A stretch of 64,000 nt of DNA from Phoronis australis (lineage: Eukaryota > Animalia > Phoronida), in assembly GCA_002633005.1 (NCBI GenBank), contig NMRA01000786.1:81653-145652 (forward strand), in the 5' to 3' direction. A program made the translations under genes and the position numbers. This document shows, one piece after another, positions 28,641-40,325 of the stretch. Every line of letters begins with the position of its first letter. Position 1 is the stretch's first letter. The notes beneath the pieces were generated by a model. The model made no database searches, had not been told where the DNA came from, and saw nothing but the letters and a program-made list of their open reading frames with translations.

Positions 28641-29070
28641 CTACCTGACTCTGCTGGTTGACATTTTGCAAATGTCAACTAGCTTATCCAGGTATCATCA
28701 TAAATATACAAATGCTAGGTCCTACCTGACTCCGCTGGTTGACATTTTGCAAATGTCAACTAGCTGATCCAGGTATCATCATAAATATACAAATGCTAGG
28801 TCCTACCTGACTCCGCTGGTTGACATTTTGCAAATGTCAACTAGCTGATCCAGGTATCATCACAAAAATACAAATGCTAAGTCCTACCTGACTCCGCTGG
28901 TTGACATTTTGCAAATGTCAACTAGCTGATCCAGGTATCATCACCAAAATACAAATGCTAAGTCCTACCTGACTCCGCTGGTTGACACTTTACAAATGGC
29001 AACTAGCTGATCCAGGTATCATCATAAATATACAAATGCTAGGTCCTACCTGACTCCGCTGGTTGACATT
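28641..29070. repeat. 81-bp tandem array, ~5.3 copies, each with an internal palindrome
   Basis: Units start at 28641, 28722, 28803, 28884, 28965 and 29046. Unit: ctacctgactccgctggttgacattttgcaaatgtcaactagctgatccaggtatcatcataaatatacaaatgctaggtc. Confidence 0.97.
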
Positions 29071-29324
29071 AAGAGTAAGAAGCTAAGGATTACGGTGACA
29101 GTCACACATAACCGCAGACGCAGTGTTCAACTATTTAAAAACACGCCCTTCGCGAAGTTCCTCCGTCAAAAGAGCAGTGGTTTCTCTTAAGATCATATTT
29201 AGCATAAACTATAATAAATTAAGAACACGTACCATGTCGAAATTCGTCCAATGCCGCTGTCACAGATCTTGAATTCGAGAAATTCTCTGCCGAAACAATA
29301 ACACTTCGAGAGGAAGTAAGGACA

Positions 29325-29414
29325 GGGAATCCCTCTTGACAGAACGCATGCGCGTGACCTACGTCACTTCCACCTGGATTGGCTCGTTGACATTGTCCCG
29401 CTCCCCCATTGCGT
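29325..29414 (+). promoter_or_regulatory. CpG-rich putative promoter of the 400-aa ORF
   Basis: Clustered motifs: gggaatccc (NF-kB-like, 29325), acgcatgcgc (NRF1-like, 29344), acgtcacttcc (CRE/ETS-like, 29361) and gattggct (reverse CCAAT, 29377), ~400 bp upstream of the ATG. Confidence 0.55.
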
Positions 29415-29784
29415 ACTTCGTAGGCGCAAACACACCCGCTACGTGTCGCTACGGTCCCTGACAAAATAACGGCCGCGGTCAAAGTGCATAATTTTATTAA
29501 CGTCTTTATCTCTCTACCCTGATTAAAATACTGTGACGTAGATAAGAAATCAGTAAACGCGATACAATCTTTTTGACTCTGTTTCAATAGTTTATTCGAG
29601 AGCTGTGTCATTTGATACTGGATGACGAAAGTGTGTGATCCAAGGACAATTTTAAGAACTCTCTGCAATATTATATTCTTCTTAGCTATTCACAGATGTA
29701 GGTTCACCTAATCAAGTGTTACTCTCAGTTGATATTACGAAGTAGGAAGACGACTGAGTTCAAGCCCTAACGGTACTGACGATC

Positions 29785-30987
29785 ATGAATGACCTGGATA
29801 TCTTTTCGGCCTTTGATGAAATGTGCTACAAGGATTTTTTCGAAGATTTACAACTACATGCTAATCCAACTATCGCCTTCCGGCTTGCCTTAGAGGGGGT
29901 GTATTATATTGGAAATGATGTGAAGGCCATTTTTGAAGATATACCAGTAGAAAGAATCATTAATGATATCGTCGAAAACACCTTTCCCAATGTACGTCAG
30001 CAGCAGCGCGAGCCTGAAGCAGCAGACGGATTGGCTGACGGGGACGAATTACGTCGAGTTCTGAACCTAAAGCGTTTGGGGGGCGTCGATTATTTTACAA
30101 GAGATGAAAATATACCTGCCATGTTTGACAGCATTGCAGCGGAGGGCGGGAGAAACCCGTTAATTGCTGTACTGGCACTTCAAGCATTTCTCTGCATCAC
30201 GGGAGATCGTTTGGGGTTAAATGACTGCCATTGGGCAGAGCGTTTCCGAGACTTTCTCAGGAAATGGCGCAATAGTTTTCAGTGTACCTATCAGAGAAGC
30301 ACTCAACTCGTGTTGGAAGCTTTGGGAAGACAGGTATTCAAGTGTATGGAAGTACCACTATTTGTTGACAAGTATGGTCGCAAGAAATTATTGGGCAACT
30401 ATATAGAAATTGAGGAATTCGAAATCAATGGCGATACACCAATATGCCATGTTACTCACGAAAGAGAGGCCGAGATGATAAAGGATCAAGGACTCATCGT
30501 GGCTAATGAGAACAAGAACTGTGTACTAGGGGTATGGTTTGGGCTTTGCAGTGACCATAACAAGAGTGTGTACGGATCACGCAGGTACAAAACTACGCTC
30601 GCTGAACTGGGTGTAACCGGACTTCGACAAGGTGAGATTGTCAAGTACACGAACGAGAATAATGTAATCCTTTACGCACATAGAGACGGTGGCGGCTTTG
30701 CAGGGTTACAGATACCTACTGACAACGCCGTTAGTGCAGGGAACTTGCAAGCTTATGTTAAGGTGTCTATATATGTACCGGGCGACGTTAATGACGGAGG
30801 CAACAGGAATGCTTTTGTAGAAAGATTTTCCGATATTGAACACGAGCCATTCTGTTTAAGACAATTTCGACTGGGTAGCGCTTGTCCAGAAGCACCTAGA
30901 TGCCGGAAAGGACACTGTTTCAAACAGGAGATAAAGGGAAGATGTACGGATGAAGCAAGGTGCAGATATAGACACAACCCATACTAA
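29785..30987 (+). CDS. Uncharacterised 400-aa protein: putative ADP-ribosyltransferase-like domain plus two C-terminal CCCH zinc fingers
   Basis: Longest real ORF in the window, uninterrupted. Motifs H222-V-T-H..A..I...G, G249-V-W-F, Y263-G and G283-E-I. C-terminus has C-x9-C-x5-C-x3-H directly followed by C-x8-C-x5-C-x3-H. AATAAA at ~31571. Confidence 0.85.
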   Translation: MNDLDIFSAFDEMCYKDFFEDLQLHANPTIAFRLALEGVYYIGNDVKAIFEDIPVERIINDIVENTFPNVRQQQREPEAADGLADGDELRRVLNLKRLGGVDYFTRDENIPAMFDSIAAEGGRNPLIAVLALQAFLCITGDRLGLNDCHWAERFRDFLRKWRNSFQCTYQRSTQLVLEALGRQVFKCMEVPLFVDKYGRKKLLGNYIEIEEFEINGDTPICHVTHEREAEMIKDQGLIVANENKNCVLGVWFGLCSDHNKSVYGSRRYKTTLAELGVTGLRQGEIVKYTNENNVILYAHRDGGGFAGLQIPTDNAVSAGNLQAYVKVSIYVPGDVNDGGNRNAFVERFSDIEHEPFCLRQFRLGSACPEAPRCRKGHCFKQEIKGRCTDEARCRYRHNPY

Positions 30988-31611
30988 AAACAAAGTGTAC
31001 AACGCAAAGTCATACTATCCCTTTCCATTTATTTGTAAATACTACATAGCTTCACCTGTTATTAGGAACCTGTTTTACGGAGAGAGAATATACGTCCCTC
31101 GCCACCTGCTGACTGCAAATGCGGAAGCACTCTTCATTCGTTGGTATCATTCTGCTTGACACACCGGTGCCCCACAGTCCATTGCAGATAGTCCAGAAAT
31201 TTTTAACCGGATAAAGGTCAAGTGCTATTTTTCCTCACGCCATCACCGTCAGACATTCTTTAATTTTTAACTTCTAGTAACCGTTTGTGCAATTCTATTG
31301 CCATGATTGACAAACAGATGAAAGGGTTTGTATTTTAATGACTTAAATTAGTCTTAAATTACCAGTTGTAACATCAGTCTTCATACTTCATGTTTACGCA
31401 GCTGTGAGAACGCGTTTTTTGATGATATTTTGTTCGTACATATGATTCTATGGCACCCCTTAACTTGGTTATCTAGTGTTTAGAGTTGTTACCACTGGTC
31501 ATGTTAGGAATATTAGTTTTTGTTACGGGCATGGACAAGTTGTTGCTTGTGTTTACGAATTGTTCCGTGAAATAAACAATAATTATTTTTGAGCCTCAGA
31601 CTATATTCCCA

Positions 31612-31722
31612 ATATTATATAGAGCCCCCGCCCTCGAAGACCCGGCAACGTTGACACGGCTACCCCTATTAAAATAGGCGGACAGCCCGTTGACCAACAA
31701 GAGCGAGGCTCTATAGTAATAT
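31612..31722. mobile_element. Small palindromic MITE
   Basis: atattatatagagcc..cgc / gcgaggctctatagtaatat inverted termini. Confidence 0.5.
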
Positions 31723-32028
31723 GTTATATTTTCTATGTTCTATGTTTGTCTTGTGTTATATTTACGTTTATGTGATTTTCTTTATTGATAAAAAAGTATA
31801 AAAAAGTATTTCTATAGTTCAGTTTTTTACCTGTTGTCGTTATTGCTATAAACCTGTGAGTTAGCCACTGAATCACGAGGACTGTGCTTTTCTAGTGCTT
31901 CCATGTTTTTAGGTAACCATTTAAGTCTTTTTCACTTTTCTCGGAGACCGCATTTGTTTTGAATGATCGGTCAATCAGTTGGGAAGATTAGTAGGTCATT
32001 AGTTTGTAGCTGAAGGTGTGACTCGGTG

Positions 32029-32413
32029 TGTAGCCATTCTCTGTTCTTCAGTGGTACACTCTTTCACACCACATTTCAGTATACAGTACATGTAGGTGGC
32101 GCTGTGTCAGGGTACTTCAGTGGTCGATGTAAGAAGTGGGTGTCTCAGTATCAGTCTGTAGCTTCAGGGCAGTTCGGTCACTCAATTAACACTGAAGTAG
32201 TAACTGTCATAGTTTTATAAAATACTAATTTCGTGTCTATGGTTATTGAGAGGTAAGTAACCTAAGATTGTGAACTGTAATATTGTGTGGTAATGATTGT
32301 AATGTTTTGTTTGTGTATGGAAATTTGTTAAAATTTATTTCTAGTGTGTGTCTTTGATTAAAATAAAATTTCACCGTCAACCTCGCGTTTTTTGCCTCCC
32401 TAATCCGGCTACA
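32029..32413 (+). mobile_element. Solo LTR
   Basis: TGTAGCC...GGCTACA 7-bp inverted termini (TG..CA) and AATAAA ~50 bp before the end; flanks ggtg/agta match only partially. Confidence 0.6.
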
Positions 32414-34599
32414 AGTACAGAAAACACCGCCTGAAAACCACCATGATCAGGGCTCTCTATATTGATATAGGGAGGCCACCTGAAAACGGTCTTCAGGCGA
32501 GTCTATAGGCACTATCTGAAGGCGACTGCCTGAAGGCGATCAAAAAGCTGGGCCCTTGTATCAATATGGGGCCCGGCATCTGAGGGCGGTCTAAAGGTGG
32601 GGCTCCGCTTTTTGGTTGCCCCATGTGGGACTTCCTACATGTATATTAATATTGTGGCCCCGCTTTTTAGCCGCCTTCAGGCAGAGCCCTTCAAATATTA
32701 ATATTGAAGACTCAGTTTTGAGTGTCTAATATGAATCTCTTGCCTATGACATTTTGTTAAGAATAAGTCATTTAAAATAATGAGGTGATCATCCAATCTC
32801 GGTATCTCTCGAATCGCAGGCATTTTGCTTTCACCTGAGGAGTAATTTTCGACGTGTAGACGACTCGTGTGTATTCTTAAGCCATTCCTATTCCCTTAAT
32901 ATACCCTTATTCAGTTGACTCATTGGAGAATTTAAGGGCGCAGGGGGCCCGTCCCCCCCTACCTTGGCTGCCGCAAGTATAAAAATAAAACAGCACGGCC
33001 GAGTGGGGTGGGCTCAGACCCAATTGCAAGTCGGACTCAGACAACCTACGTGCCCCTTCCCGTTTTTAGTCCTCCGTTTTGTTTTTTAGTAGAAGGTCCA
33101 GAAATTCGACCCCCCTGGGGGCTCGGTGCGCGCATGCAATCGTGCTTTGCGCAATTGCCCGAGACAACATGTTGCCCCCCTTATGATGTCCCAGATCTGC
33201 CACTATGACTTTGTGGTTTTTGGAATATCAAAGTTGCAAGGTATGTCACATGTCACTCATATTACCTGTCTTATATTCTTTTTTGCCTTTTTATGCGATG
33301 TTGAAGTTTTTATAATGCATTTGGGACATATGTCCGAACAGTAACTGATGAGTCTCAGGGTGTACATGTGCTTGTTGATTCCATCAGACATCTGTGTATG
33401 AAGCCTGTCGTGTATCTTACTGGTGCAAACTACGAGTGGACTCAAAGACTTGGCATCGTACGTCAGCTAGTTAATTGCTGCGTGCAACAGTTAATTTGGG
33501 TCCCGAGACCCATTTTGATGCTGAGTGTGGCTCTACTCATTGAAACATGATGAAAAACATAACGTAGATGATCTGTTACTGTAGCACACGTTTAAGCATG
33601 CAAAGGAATTCCGCTATATTGACTGCATTTACGGTACCGTATGGTGGGCGAGGCCTGACTGTTGGACGGAACTACCTGTTGTTTAACCGCCGCCACGGGC
33701 AGGATTTTGTGAATTTTTTTGGGCACACTTTCGATCCATGAAAGCACATTGCATATAACAATTAGCGAAATCCGGCTAAGACCTTCATTGTCGAAAGTCT
33801 ACGGCCACTTGGTAGCCATCCAGTGAGTGAATGAGTGTAACTCAAGCGGGCTTCCGAAAGCAGGCCTACATTGGCAATCTAATTATATGTTGGTAATTAA
33901 ATCCCATAGCCCGTTGTCTTGTTTCTTCAACTAGCTTTTATTATGTATTAAAAGATTCGGAGTGGATTATTTGATGCACACGGGGCTTCGTTGCGCTCTC
34001 GGTGTTTTTCTTTGTCCTTCAGGGGGTCTGAAACACTGGCTACAAAACGCCGCATAATGCATTGAACAATATATGTCAACTTCGTCTCTCAATCTCCTTT
34101 CAGCGAGCAGATGTTTTTTTAATAGACCTAGATGTTTTAATTGGTCAATGTTTATATTTACACACATGTATTTGCTGTGAGTGATCACGAACCTTTCCAT
34201 TATACGGTAATTGCCAGAGAATGCCGCGTTTATCACTTTGGGCGCAGTGCTGTTGTGGGGCGCAGGCGCACGTAGGCGTAGCCAACCACCTTTCTACATT
34301 TTAAGGTAGCGCCTAAACGCGCCGTACGTGACGGTTAAGTGGGGAGTAGTGTTGAAACAATTAGCTTACGGCATCAATGCGCTGCTACGCTGACGACAGC
34401 ATTGTTGCCGAACATTTCGACGCGCGCGACCACCAGGCATACTTCGATGAGGAATTGGCAAACATCAAAAACAGCATCTTACTTTCTTTCCTCTTTGAAG
34501 TGCACGCGGTTCCTGCGGCTGGTCATTGCAATGTACCCGTCCAAACAAGACAAACAATTGCTGCCAAATTATAAGTTTAGTTGAGGGATTTTAAATTTT

Positions 34600-36077
34600 G
34601 TGCTGCTTTGAAACGAGAATCATCTGGTTGCCAATCGGTACTAAATTATCTTAAGAAGATGCCGAAATCAGAAAGCACGGGACCAAATCCTCCTGCTAAA
34701 AGTGACCCATTTGCTGAAACCAGTATTCCTGAAACGGATCACTCCACGTCTGAAACGGAAAAATATGCAGGTGATCCAGATAATGACTCGTCACAGTGGC
34801 CACGCGTGTGCATGACGGCCTGCCGTCGTTCAGCAACTTTTCCAGACGTGAGGGGCTCTGAACGTGCGATAACATCTGGATAATTTGTTAACTGCCCAGC
34901 ACAGTCTTTTGTTCCGTATGACAACAAGCAGGCCAATTATATCCCAGGCTTCAAAGGGTTACCGAAACCTGGCAGAATGGATTGTCTTAACTTCTGTTGT
35001 AGTTGGGCGATTTTGGTGATTCAAAAACTAAACATGATCAGCATTTGACACGGAATTCAAAAAGGCTAGGTTTATGTTCAAATATGTTATAACTTAACTT
35101 TCATTTGCAGCAGCACAGCCCAGTCAGGCTAGATACAATTTGATCGGAGATTAGAGCACTTATAGAACAAAAGAGAGCCGGCCCACCAACCATAAATGCC
35201 AGAATGGAGTTAATCAGTTGTGTAAGATATTGACTACAGGGGTGATCTTCCCAACTTCTTGTTGGGCTATTGAATCAAACAAGTTGGGAGCAACGGGAAA
35301 ACGCCGTAATAAGGAATAACGATCAGTGGATGGAAAAAAGTATCTCTGATTGGAACACAAGGATGGAAAGCTGGGTTTCGTTTCTTGTTACATGTATAAT
35401 GTACTAGACCTAGGTTTGATGAAAGAAAGTGGCGTATTAATATCTTCGGAGTGGACACAGTTTCTGCTAGAAGCAGCTGGAAATTCCCGACTGGCTAAAC
35501 TTAAGTCGCTCAGGAGTAAAATCAGTCGTCATATAAGGTCTAAAGCCCACAACATTGCTCAAAGTATTGACAAAACGAAAAGTAAAAAAATACATTGGTT
35601 AAAGTTGCAGCTCATGAGCAGACTACAACGGAAAAAGTCTCCAGAACAGCATATTCACTTGTTCAAATGAATCGTCCGATCACCGATCACAAGCACCTCA
35701 TAAAACTTCAAAAACTGAATGGTTTAAATTTGGGTGTTACGCTCCATTCTCGTTTCAGTGCAACTTCCATAATCAAGCACATAACAAAGCAAATGCGCGA
35801 AAAAATCTTCAGTACAGTTATGGCAGAAAATATCAAGATAGCTGTGTTAGTCGATGAAGCGACAACGGTAACCAAATTAAGCGCACTGATCATTTACATA
35901 AGAGCATCTATTGGTGGTAGCGATCCACTTTTTATAATGCTTGACCTTGTCCAGCTTGAACAGCAAACTGCCGAATCCATTGAAGCGTCCCTCCTGAACA
36001 GTCTACAACACTGTGGTTTCACGATGGAATATTTACAAGTGACGGCGCCAGTGTCTTGACAGGAAAACTTTCTGGTG
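34600..36077 (+). mobile_element. hAT transposase pseudogene (KIAA1586/ZNF862-like), 5' part
   Basis: LEHKDGKLG, HIRSKAH, LQKLNGLNLGVTLHSRFSA, VLVDEATT (first catalytic Asp) and DGASVLTGKLSG, which ends at the LTR junction. Confidence 0.85.
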
Positions 36078-36277
36078 TGTAACGTTGCTCCGAGCGTATC
36101 ATCTAATTCACCCAACCATGCGACAACGATAGATTCACAAGATAAAAAATGCAACTCTTGCAGCCATTTAATGTGTATTATGGCTCACCCGCCAAAAATC
36201 CCACAACTCCCTGCGTGACCAGGGGAGATAACCCTCATAACAGCCCTGCATGACCATTGGAGATAACCCTCATGACA
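36078..36277 (-). repeat. 3' LTR of the Gypsy element
   Basis: tgtaacgttgctcc...gataaccctcatgaca; aligns with 44105-44415. Confidence 0.9.
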
Positions 36278-36502
36278 TCCCGCTAGTCGAAGTAAAACTG
36301 GGGTTTTACCTAACTAATAACATAACATACAGGTAAATCAAAGGCCTGTCTCATACACAACAACTTGTGTCAACTGTCATTTCCTACCAAAAATTTCAGT
36401 GCTCTATGTTAATCTCTCAACAGATTTCAGGAAACATTACAAGTTACTTATAGCAAATGTCACACAAAACCTCTAGCAAACGACACAGTAAATATATCTT
36501 AA

Positions 36503-37154
36503 CTAAACTCTTAATATACCATACACAGATTTGGCAAATTTCTCTGGTGTACCAATGCATTTCACTCTCTTGCTCTCAATGACCATTGCAGCCAGATTAT
36601 CACAATTCTTTTCATTGTGAGGATCCCACCAAAAACGCAGTTCTCCATGAGGAAGCAGTAATGTCAACAAGAGGCGAAGTTGTCCCGCTTGAAACTTGGC
36701 CCTGACTATAGTATATGGGTCTTCATCAGACGGAGCATTTTGCAACGCCTGTAACAATCTAACCTTCTGCTTGTTAGACAAGGTGTTTGGACATGCCAAA
36801 CCATTATTAGTGTTCATGTGTAGCTCATGTTTTTTCAAGTCAATGGGCTGGGTTTGGGTTGTAAAACAAAAATCTGAGTCATCATAACCAAGTTCCCTCC
36901 CAGTTTCATCTACAACGCAAAACTTGGGTGCTGTTTGAGTAGCCATGTTCATTTGATCCTGGCAACCAGTTATTGCATCATTAACAGCCAATGTCTCCCG
37001 CAACTTTTGCATGTTAGAAATGTTTTGCGTTTCAGACGCCCTAAGAAAGGCCGGTTTAATTCTGATAATGTGAAAAACGTCACGCAAGACTCGACCTCGA
37101 AGATCTGCTAAAAGGACGTGTCGAATCTAAAACCTGGTGAATCACAAATGGTCC
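36503..37154 (-). pseudogene. Gypsy integrase C-terminus (GPF motif and long tail)
   Basis: GPFVIHQVLDST..DLRGRVLRDVFHIIRIKP continues KKFTAKYV from 40323-40346 once the Academ insertion is removed. Confidence 0.75.
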
Positions 37155-37157
37155 TAC

Positions 37158-40100
37158 TAGTCGGTGGGCCAGATCTCATAGCGTTCATCCTTGTGAGTAC
37201 TTTGGGGGGGGGGCAACCTAGTTTTTTCTATGTGGCTAGATAATATACCTATAAATCAAATTCCAAAAAGTTCCCACGTCTACACTTGCACATTTTTTTT
37301 AAAAAAGGTGTTTTTGTTGCACAAAATATGATGCACATTCCTGCCACTTGATGGCGCTTTTCTATTGAATTGACCAATCAGAGAGCCAGATTGTATTGTT
37401 GTGCTTAGTTACTTCAATATGGCTGCTCCCATGGAGTGTGATGCCTACGTAATTCAAGGTTTGTCAAACATGACAAAATTGTGATGTCAGAGCCTAAAGA
37501 AGCTTAGGAAAGCTTCCTGACGAAAGCTGATTGACTGTGGAACTCTGTAGATCAGTAGATCAAAAAGAAGAAGAGGTGTCACAAACGTTTGTGCAGAAAA
37601 CAGCTGCATGTCCTGGTAGCCTACACAGTATACTGCTGAGTGCTGTAGACTAGAAGACCAAGTGTCAGACCAAAAAATTGAAAGGACATAGAACGGCATA
37701 GCAACGTTTCAAGGCACCAACAGTAGTACTAAAGCTGAAGTTGCTGAAAGTGATACAGATGTTATCCAAGATTTCCCAAGAAAATCAATTATACTTCCAA
37801 AATCTGAAACACCCAATTAACCTGAACAAGATAGGAACATTCTGAAACATGAGTGCATCATTTGTTAGCAGGAAAAGTACATTATGGGCCACATTTCAAG
37901 AAAGAGAAAGAAGTATAGCTTTCAAAAACAGGTACGTGTTTTTTAAAAATACATCTTGGTGTTTTCCATGTGTGATTCAGTATTATCACCAGTTGTTTTT
38001 TAACTTGTTCAGCCCCTTGGCTGCCTAGGCCTTAGACAATACTGCTGACCCAGTAGAGACGATGATCATACCATAGGTACTTCATATGCCGGATACTTTT
38101 CGGCAAATTATGTTCCTATAAGTTTAGAAGTACCGCGTAGAGAGATGCCTCTGAGGAGGTCGTTAATGTTTTCATTTGTTCCCAGTTTAAACAAATACTC
38201 CTGCAATCCTGTTTTTCGAACACTCCATTCAGTTGCCACATCGACACTGCTTGCGCTAAGGGATAATCCTATGGCGTTATACTGTGGGTGTGATTTTAAA
38301 GCACTTTAAGTCAAAAATTTTTGAGAAGGTTAAATGGAGTAGATGGTTGCAAACAACATGCCCAAGTGGCCGTCATCCCCTGCCGTAGTCTCAATTTTTT
38401 GTAAACATTAATTACTTAGGTAGCTGCAATGATAATTAAATTAAAGTGCCTAAGTGGCCATCGTCGCCGTCGAAATTTGAGGACGATGGAAGCCACTGTC
38501 CATTTCGTCAAACGTCGATTACCTTAAGTGTAAATCGATTGACTATGGTTTGAGCATCTGATTTAAAAAAATTAAATTTCAATCACTGCACAGGTATATC
38601 AGCTGATTTATTTTCAGCTGCATCTACTGATCTAATTATTAGACGATCAACATTATTAGGCTACAGATCAAACGGCATGTAAATTTGTTAGGCTGGTGGT
38701 GGATCAGCTCCTGATACGTCCGTCTGAAAAAGTTGCATGCCAACTCACTCATAGTTGAATGTTAAATTAGTGTTAACAGTTCGGGTTTTTTTCAGTTGGA
38801 CTTGTATCGCAAGCAACAGCTCAGTCCAGAGCCCTGAATATGCAAATGAAATTCAAAGATAAAGACCTTGTGTCTTAGAAGCCAAGTACCACAGATCATC
38901 ATGCTGTAAAAAAGAGAAAGACAAAGATTGTGGAGAGTGACGAATCCCCAGTTTTCAGAGATGTTTTTCTACAGTTTTGTTTGGAGTTCATTGAATCAAA
39001 GCTTCTAGCACATGGAGATGTCATTTGCCTTTCAAAAATAAAGCAAGACTTTGAAGCTGTTCTTCAGAAAGCTGGTGTGCATGAAGTTATTTGGACAGGC
39101 AATCTTAAGAAATATTGTTGAAGCTACTCACTGTTGTAGTTTGTGCCTGACTAAGAGATACGAAAGTGAATTGAGGCTAGTGTTCAATAATTCACTTGCT
39201 GACTCTAATTAACACAGCCCATTGTAACATATTTTGAATCAAACGTTTGCCCAAATAGTGCCCGCCTCCAAACAAGGACTTAGTGTTTGACCCTTCATTG
39301 CCTGCGGGCTAATCACCAGTGTGCAGTGCTGTACCCTCTCTAATCGACCATAGTTGGCTCCTTGGCGGTGGAGCTTTGCAGTTAATATGTATGGCAATGA
39401 CCGCATCTCCATTGACAGTACTAAACGATGAACGCTGCAAGTGCAAAAAGAACATGTGTGCTGGGAAACTGAGTTTGTGCTGCAATGCTGGGTCAAACTG
39501 TACAGAAATGTGCAGCTGTGACAACTGTAGTAACATCAGCAACACTGACTGCATAACATTGGATAGTTCTTTGACAGGCCAACCCTAAATAGACCTCCAA
39601 CCCCGTTATTTCCTTTTTTGTATTAAAAAGTTAATTTTATTTGTTGATTAAGTCATAGAAAGTACATACTTTGATCATTGTCATGTATTTGTCTCATACT
39701 GCTTAATAAACGCTGTCAGAATAATCTATTTTAATACAGTCTTTGTGCACATTCACAGAGATCATTCAACTATATTGTTTTTGTACTATAACATATTTCT
39801 GGTGTATTATGCAAACAAGCTGTATTTTACACCATTAGTCAATGTTTTAGTCATTGAGGCACAAATTTTGCCCAGTCTCAAGTGTTTTGTGTTATTTTTG
39901 TTGCCTGACAATGCCAGAATAACTTCCTAGAAACATTCAGACTTAGTTTGTATTTTTGCCACTAGGTGTCTCTTTACGTTTTTTAAATTTCACTGTTTAC
40001 AATTAATTTACAATAGTAAAACATGTAATGTGAGTGTAATATTGTTCAATACAATGGCACTGATGGGACCATATTACTTGTTTTACAAAAAAGTCACCAA

Positions 40101-40322
40101 AACTGTTGTTTTTACAAATATAAGTTTACTAAGCTCTTTGGTGATTATTAGGTAACTTCAAACTCAAATTTCTCAAAAATGTGCAACTTTATATGTGGGA
40201 ACTTTTTAGATTTTGAAAACACTCTAATAAATGAATTAAAAAACACCAAAATAAAATTGCCCCCCTAAAGTACTCACAAAAACCATTTTCTAGAGGCCCT
40301 ACAAAATCTGGCCCACCGACTA
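37158..40322 (+). mobile_element. Non-autonomous Academ deletion derivative
   Basis: TAGTCGGTGGGCCAGAT...ATCTGGCCCACCGACTA termini (TAG/CTA), longer imperfect TIR (gtgagtacttt/aaagtactcac, ttcccac/gtggga) and a perfect 3-bp TSD TAC. Coding remnants LEAKYHR (~38875) and Cys-rich CKCKKNMC..CTEMCSCDNCSN (39319-39588). Confidence 0.9.
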
Positions 40323-40325
40323 TAC

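Noticed and set aside
28641-29070. CRISPR array
   Set aside because: The sequence between palindromes is near-identical rather than unique spacers, there are no cas genes, and the context is eukaryotic.
29219-29668. 149-aa minus-strand ORF sharing GAGQCQRANPG with the 23713 ORF
   Set aside because: The peptide match only reflects the 34-bp DNA inverted repeat; the region looks like a promoter.
32425-32720. Cluster of aggcg/cgcct and aatat-ggggcc inverted motifs
   Set aside because: Probably a degenerate TE subterminal repeat; no definable ends or period.
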